Positions 57,346 through 64,000 of a stretch of 64,000 nucleotides of DNA are shown piece after piece (positions within the stretch are counted from its first letter, which is position 1; the number at the start of each line of letters is the position of its first letter). Position numbers and translations under genes: made by a program. This DNA comes from Octopus sinensis (lineage: Eukaryota), in the NCBI RefSeq assembly GCF_006345805.1, contig NC_042998.1, forward strand, positions 185,938,001 to 186,002,000, written 5' to 3'. Under the pieces are notes generated by a model. The model was not told the DNA's origin and did no database searches. It saw nothing but the letters and a program-made list of their open reading frames with translations.

Positions 57346-57612
57346 CTATCCTTTTTGTTTTCATTCCATTTTCGATAATTTTCAATTCATTTAAATTACA
57401 GGATAGTTTCCCCCACTGCCTTTCTTGACCAGAATTAATCTTTAAGCTGGTTTGTTAACCTCACTAATGTTATGGTTTGGCCAACTGCCTTTCCTTGTTT
57501 TCCAGAAAAAAAAAAAATTATTTTAAAATTAACCATAAAATAACCCCGCGTCTTATTAAAAGGGTAGGTTGTGAGTGGAGTTCGACAGTGGTTATTTAGT
57601 TTTCCCGCTTTA

Positions 57613-57848
57613 GGGCGGCGAGCTGGCAGAAACGTTAGCGCGCCGGGCGAAATGCTTAGCGGTATTTCGTCTGCCGCTACGTTCTGAGTTCAAATTCCAC
57701 CGAAGTCGACTTTGCCTTTCATCCTTTCGGAGTCGATTAAATAAGTACCAGTTACGTACTGGGGTCGATATAAACGACTTAATCCATTTGTCTGTCCTCG
57801 TTTGTCCCCTCTCTGTGTAGCCCCTTGTGGGTAGTAAAGAAATAGGTA
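57613..57848 (+). mobile_element. SINE family A (young)
   Basis: Complete copy with diverged TSD GGT(T)ATT(T/C)AGT(T/C)TTCCC. Confidence 0.9.
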
Positions 57849-58129
57849 TTCAGTCTTCCCCAGAACACTAGCAAGTCTACACTTACAATTTATATATAAT
57901 AAATATATCTCAGTCCTATAGCTGCTTTTGTTTCTTTTGCTTTAGTTTTATAATGTTTTGGTTGTGATTTTAAGAAATTTACAAGGATTTACCGACACCG
58001 ATAATAGAATGTTGTTTTATTGTGAATCAACAATGAAAACACTTCACACGCTAACTGGAGGCAGGCAAAGTAACACCGAAGTAGACGCCATCTGTTTAGC
58101 TGTCAATTTATTCGGCTTAAAATACTCCT

Positions 58130-59190
58130 CTATGTCACTGTACAATTGCAACTAAGCCGAGAAGACAAACATAAAAGCTCTAAGTTGCCGAAAATGCCAA
58201 ACAACACGGCTGCCAACACCACCACCACCAACCGAAAAAAATTATCGTGAATGGAGAAAACAGGAAGCAATATTAAACAAAATAAGAATAAAAGATTTTA
58301 AAAAAACCATGAGCTTTCAGGAAGGAGAAATACAACGGCCGATGAGTTAGCTGGGTGTTTATCTTAGTGTTAGCGTTTTGTGAATAGATACGATCTAAAC
58401 ACGAGAGAAAAGATTAGGATTGTACAAGGAATGGTTGAAAAATATGAAGAAAATATTCTAGAGTTTCACATATACGTGATCGATTCCTGGACGAAAACAA
58501 ATTATGAGCAATGGCAAATAAGTAATATCGCTGAAGTGTCATTAACATTCGATGCTTTATCAAATAGAACAGTTGAAAATATAGGAGCGGAGACGGTTAT
58601 TATAAAAATGACTGGATTTGAAATAAAAAAGAAAACTATACTGTTATTTCGGCCTGTTGTGCAGACGACTCAAGCTACCGCCTAGATGAAAAGCAATACA
58701 TAGGGAAATTATTTCACCGGGTATTCTTAATGTCCAAAAACGAGAGGTTGATGGAAAAATGCTCTGTGAAATTCTGACTGAGGAAAGCAAGTTTAGTCAT
58801 GACGTTCAGATAGCCTGTTGAAGAAAACAGCATTACTCGAGTGAGATCAACACCAAGCACACAAAACAAAGCAACAAAAGAAACAACCTTCAGCAATTAA
58901 AATATAAACAAGCAGTTTATCTTTGGCTGTTTTAACGTTGCATTTGCTACAACTGGATGTATCGATCAAGAACTCATTATAATTATAAAAAAATTGTTTA
59001 TGCATGAAGATTGAAACAAGTGGATGAGTTTAGTAATTCCTGCAGGATAACTAAAGCGACCAACAAAATACGAGAAGTCATCATAGGTAAATGTTAGTGT
59101 AGAAAAGTTTCGAATCAGTAATGCAAGGGATAGCCCTTTCCGAAAACGGACTTCTCAATGATGATAGCGATGAACAAAAAATCTGCAAGT
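58130..59190 (+). pseudogene. Decayed pogo-type transposase
   Basis: NRYDL...KYEENILEFH.YVI...QISNIAEVSLTFD..SNRTV..IG..TV.IK.TG.E...KLP and LQ.LDVSI motifs of DDE_1. Confidence 0.75.
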
Positions 59191-59294
59191 AGTTGTGATG
59201 GAGAAGCAAATGACAATAACGATTGATATGGTAGTAATTGTCGTTTTTAATAGTCAGTGAACTAAACATAAAGTAATAGTTATAACACTCTAGA

Positions 59295-59643
59295 GAAAAC
59301 AATTGCAGCATGGAAGGTGTTTGTAAGCCATTCAAGAAACATACAAAAGCCGTTAGATTCACTTCAACATTTAAATTTAATTTGTCAAAATATTTCAGCT
59401 GCTTTGAAACCGCGACCTGTTCACTGACAAAATTCCGAGATGCAGCACGGAATTTTGTCAGTGAACAGGTCGCGGTTTCTAAGCAACAAAAATATTTTGA
59501 CAAATTAAATTTAAATGTTGAAGTGAATCTAACGGATTTTGTGTGTTTCTTGAATGGCTTACAAACACCTTCCATGCTGCAATTGTTTTCGTTCCAGCAC
59601 ACGATCTCAGATCAGGTCACTTGCTATGCAAGTACATCTCCGT
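59295..59643. mobile_element. Family H repeat, head-to-head inverted pair
   Basis: Arms 59295-59437 and 59448-59590 with a 10-nt spacer. The plus copy continues to 59643. Confidence 0.9.
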
Positions 59644-59949
59644 AATTCTAGAAAAAGATATATATTAAAGTTTAGTCTTCAAGCAGAAAAGTAAGAAACT
59701 CCGTTTTGATATTGACTCCTCTTTCACGCGCACGTACACACACACATGCTTGCGCTCACACACACACAGATTCCATCTGAATAGACAGCGTTGAGGGTGC
59801 AATATATGGTGCAGATTAGTGGAGTACGCAGTTGGTTATATCTTGATACTTCTGAAACGTTTCGAATGTAAGGCAAATACAGTGAATAGACCAGTTCGTG
59901 GTGATCATGTCTGGTAGTTGTGCACTAAATGTTATTAACGCTTAATTAT

Positions 59950-60921
59950 TTAGTCGGGCTCTAAAAGTTGCTTGAGTTTGTTCAGCAAGCACTTCAATCG
60001 GATCACGTAGTTCTCGCTTGTCTTATTGGATATGAACTGCCCTTTTCTAATAACATAGCCATTATATCCGATGTTTTCGTGCACCACATGTCTAATCATT
60101 GTCTTCAACACATCGATATGATTGGCAATGTCCCTCATTAACTTGCCGTGATTCACGTTTATTATGCTCTGAACTTTCTGGACAAACTCGACTTTTCTGG
60201 CAATGTCTGACCGTCGAAAATATTCTTTATTTTCCTTTTCACCGAGGAATCCACATTCCCGCCAGAAACCAGGAGCTCTTTTCTGGGTCTAAAGACGAAA
60301 AGCTCGGAGCCATTTAAAAACGTTGCAATTTCAGAATCACTTTGGTTGGCAGGTAAGGCATCGAGAACGGCCTGACATTTCATCGTCTACGTTAGATTCG
60401 AAGCTTCCGTGTTCTCTCTCTATCCGCTCAGTCGAAGTCGACTCTCGGTTACTCGATGGATCAGTGTCCTTCAGTCAGTTCTATCCTGGGTCGCTTCTTT
60501 CAGATTGGCTATGTCCATTCCGGTATCACTCTTGATGGTGTCAAGCCAGCGGGTTCTTGGTCCGCCTCTTTCTCTCTTGCCACTGCCCATTCCGAGCATG
60601 ATGTCCTTTTCCAGGGATTTTCTCCGCATAATATGACCGAAATATGCCAATCTATGCTTGGTGATCCTAGCTTCTAGCGAAATTTTCGGCCTTATCTGCT
60701 TAAGAACTTCTCCATTGGTGAGCCTTGCTGTCCATGGAATCCGTAAAAGTCTTCTCCAACACCAAAGCTCGAATACATTAATTCTCTTCTGGTCAGCTTT
60801 CTTTAGTGTCCAGGTCTCGCATCCATATGTTGCCATTGGGAAGACAATTGCATTCACCAATCTGCATTTGGGAGACTTATATTTCTTTAAAATTTTGTTT
60901 ACAAACATTTGACACACCCTG
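59950..60921 (-). mobile_element. maT/DD37D-like transposon 5' half, interrupted by an RTE
   Basis: TA|CAGGGTGTGTC terminus at 60921. SDSEIATFL, MRDIA..IDV...IRHVVHE.I.Y..Y..RKGQFIS and LLNKLK. Confidence 0.75.
60415..60876 (-). mobile_element. RTE (BovB-like) LINE 3' fragment
   Basis: LVNAIVFPMATYGCETWT...FELWCWRRLLRIPWTAR...YFGHIMRR.SLEKDIMLG...RWLD. Confidence 0.92.
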
Positions 60922-61639
60922 TATGTATGGGGGGGGGAGCTGGGTATAGCTTTAAGCTACAGCTGGTGGTAAGGCTCTGTGTGTGTGTGTGTGTATGTCC
61001 TAGGTATGACTTCAAACTGAAGCCGGTGGTAAGGTTATATGGAAGTTTCAAGTTTTTGAGGAGTGAGCAACCACCCTTTAGCCACTATTGTTCCCAGGTC
61101 TACTCTGACCTGGCGTAGTACACCTGTAAGGTTTTCAACTATGGCTTAATTAGCATGTGAACCACTGGAAATGAAGGACCCCTAGATCTCGTTGGAACTT
61201 CCTTCTACCAAAAGATAAACTCGCATAGAAAATACCTGAAATGCAGTTTGTTTCTGGTGGTCCCAGTCTCTGTTGTGCCACAGGTTTTATAACTGATTGC
61301 ACTAAAAAGTGGGTTCAGTGCTGTTGCTGTGCAACACTTTATCCACTCAAAGCAAATTCACACACTGGAACGTCTTGGACACTCGGAGTTTACTGAGTTT
61401 AGAAAGTGATCTTAATCGGTCACTAGTTGACTTCCACTGTGTGTGTGTATGTGTGTGTTTGTGCGTGCGTGTGTGTGTACATGTGAGTATGTGTGTGTGT
61501 GTATGCGTGTGTGTGTGTGTGTATGTGTGTGTGTGTGTGTACGTGTGTGTGTTGTGTGTGTGTGTGTAATTCAGGTGGCTAGACGCAATTTTAAACCAAA
61601 TACGAAATAATTCATCGTCACGAAAAGTGACCAACGGTG

Positions 61640-62000
61640 CTGTGTTTCAATCATTAGACTGCGGAAATGTTGGGGTATCGTCCCTGTTGTCGAACCGCTA
61701 AAATACGGGGACGTAAACTCAACAGCACCGATTGCCAAGCGGTGATAGGGGAACAAACACAGAAACAAACACACACATGTACACACACTCATATATATAT
61801 ATATGTACATATATATATATATGTACATATATATATACGACGGGCTTCTTTCAGTTTCCGTCCACCAAATCCACTCACAAGGGTTTGGTCGGCCCGAGGC
61901 TATAGAAGAACACACTTGCCCAAGGTGCCACACAGTAGGACCGAACCCAGAACCATGTTGTTGGAAAGCAAGCTTCTTACCACATAGCCATTCTTGCGCC
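61640..62000 (-). mobile_element. SINE family B
   Basis: Reverse complement of the family B consensus. Confidence 0.85.
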
Positions 62001-62049
62001 TAAAAGGTTGAAAGGCAAAGTCAGCCTCAGCGACATTTGAACTCAGAAC

Positions 62050-62135
<86 letters not shown>

Positions 62136-62188
62136 GTTTAAATATTTGTTGTGCAAGATTTTTTATGTGAAGTCGTACGTTGAAACAG

Positions 62189-62893
<705 letters not shown>

Positions 62894-63040
62894 CGCTAGC
62901 CACTACACATTCTTTATTTTCTCTCCTTGTTTTTTTTTCTCTGTGTTCCTTTCTGTGGAAGAACGTAGGCTCGAAACGTTAAAGACTTTTTCACTCCCGA
63001 GCGTTATACTAATACATCTATTTGTTGTCTAAACCACCTG
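62894..63040 (+). mobile_element. Penelope-like terminal fragment with degenerate hammerhead-like motif
   Basis: CTTT-CTGTGGA-A-GAAC-GTAG-GCTC-GAAACGT-TA-AAG adjacent to (GATA)n. Confidence 0.4.
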
Positions 63041-63044
63041 ATCC

Positions 63045-63320
63045 CTGATGTCATTCCGAACCCCAGTCAAATGGAAGAGAAGGGATTTTTATTGCTGATC
63101 TTTCTGTTCTTGTGGGAGGATTCTAGTAAACAATATTGGAAATTACAATCCCACGTCATATCAGTAGCGGGGGCAGAATGCTCACGATCTCTGGAATTTC
63201 CAAGACTAACGAGACTTATGATCCAGATACCCAGTTAAACAGTGTCTACTAAAAAGCCTCGGACGTGTGATCCAAATGCTTACAATGGCTTCTCTAAAGA
63301 AACTAAGGACTAGGTATGAT
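63045..63320 (+). pseudogene. Possible decayed LTR-retrotransposon integrase fragment
   Basis: PQSNG.E motif at about 63062. The rest is badly degraded. Confidence 0.3.
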
Positions 63321-64000
63321 ATTGAATCGGACAGATTCTTAAGTCTTCCATCTAACCAACTTTGATTTGAGACATTTACCTATACTGAAGTGATTTGTGC
63401 ATTGTTCTTTACTTGCATTCTCTTTGTTCTCTTCGTCCATTTCACCATGTTGCAATAGTTTAGGTAGTAAAACAGAGGTAAAATCTTGTAGGGAAAGCAA
63501 TTAAAAAATATCCTGTCTTATCAAACGAATTCAGTAACATTCGTTCTTTGAACCAGAAGGTAAAATAATTGAACGCTTAAAAGTTACGCAACCTGGCACG
63601 TAAAGTTTTACACTGTTTGGATCGCTCTAAATATATCAAATATTGCGTAAAAGAGACGCCAGATACTGTATTCATTTAAAATTGTTTGCCTCAAGTGCAT
63701 TCCAGGTATTAATCCATTATATAAACTTCATATCAACTGTAAACCAAATAACTCAGTTTCTGCATTTGCTGTTCAAAGTAATCTCCCTTGCTCTAAACAA
63801 AGGTAAATTAACTAATTATCTCCCTTATCTCACTATGTTCCCAACAGAAATATTTTATATAATGTTCTACTAAAGTAGAATATTATATAAGTATAAAAAA
63901 ACTGATGGAATTGAAAAATGAGCCATTCTAATAATTTATAAGAATATTCAGATTTTGTGGCAAAGTAATAAAAGTTTAGAATTGGAAAAGAGTCGAAATA

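Noticed and set aside
59081-59645. Two mirror-image ORFs of 173 and 111 aa
   Set aside because: Artefact of the inverted repeat; no recognisable protein motif.

Overview
AT-rich, microsatellite-saturated animal genomic DNA, most likely a cephalopod (Octopus-like), inferred from its tRNA-SINE families, 5S sequence and repeat style. No host protein-coding gene can be confidently identified. There is one candidate first exon near 48985-49086 and a few candidate minus-strand exons. Most long ORFs in the track are microsatellite translations. The window is a transposon graveyard. It holds several SINE families (about 25 copies), a near-intact irritans-type mariner with TIRs and TA TSDs, and decayed pogo, hAT/Buster, Chapaev3-like and maT-like transposases. 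It also holds RTE, R4/Dong-like and CR1-like LINE fragments, Helitrons and several MITEs. Two observations stand out. First, five unrelated short non-coding elements each carry a minimal type-I hammerhead-ribozyme-like motif, four of them with Penelope-style inverted repeats; one 4-copy family has the catalytic C3-G8 pair swapped to G3-C8. Second, a full-length 5S rRNA lacking a Pol III terminator is fused to the 3' tail of a local SINE family, giving a SINE3-like chimera. All family assignments come from motif recognition by eye, not database searches. Coordinates of decayed elements are approximate.
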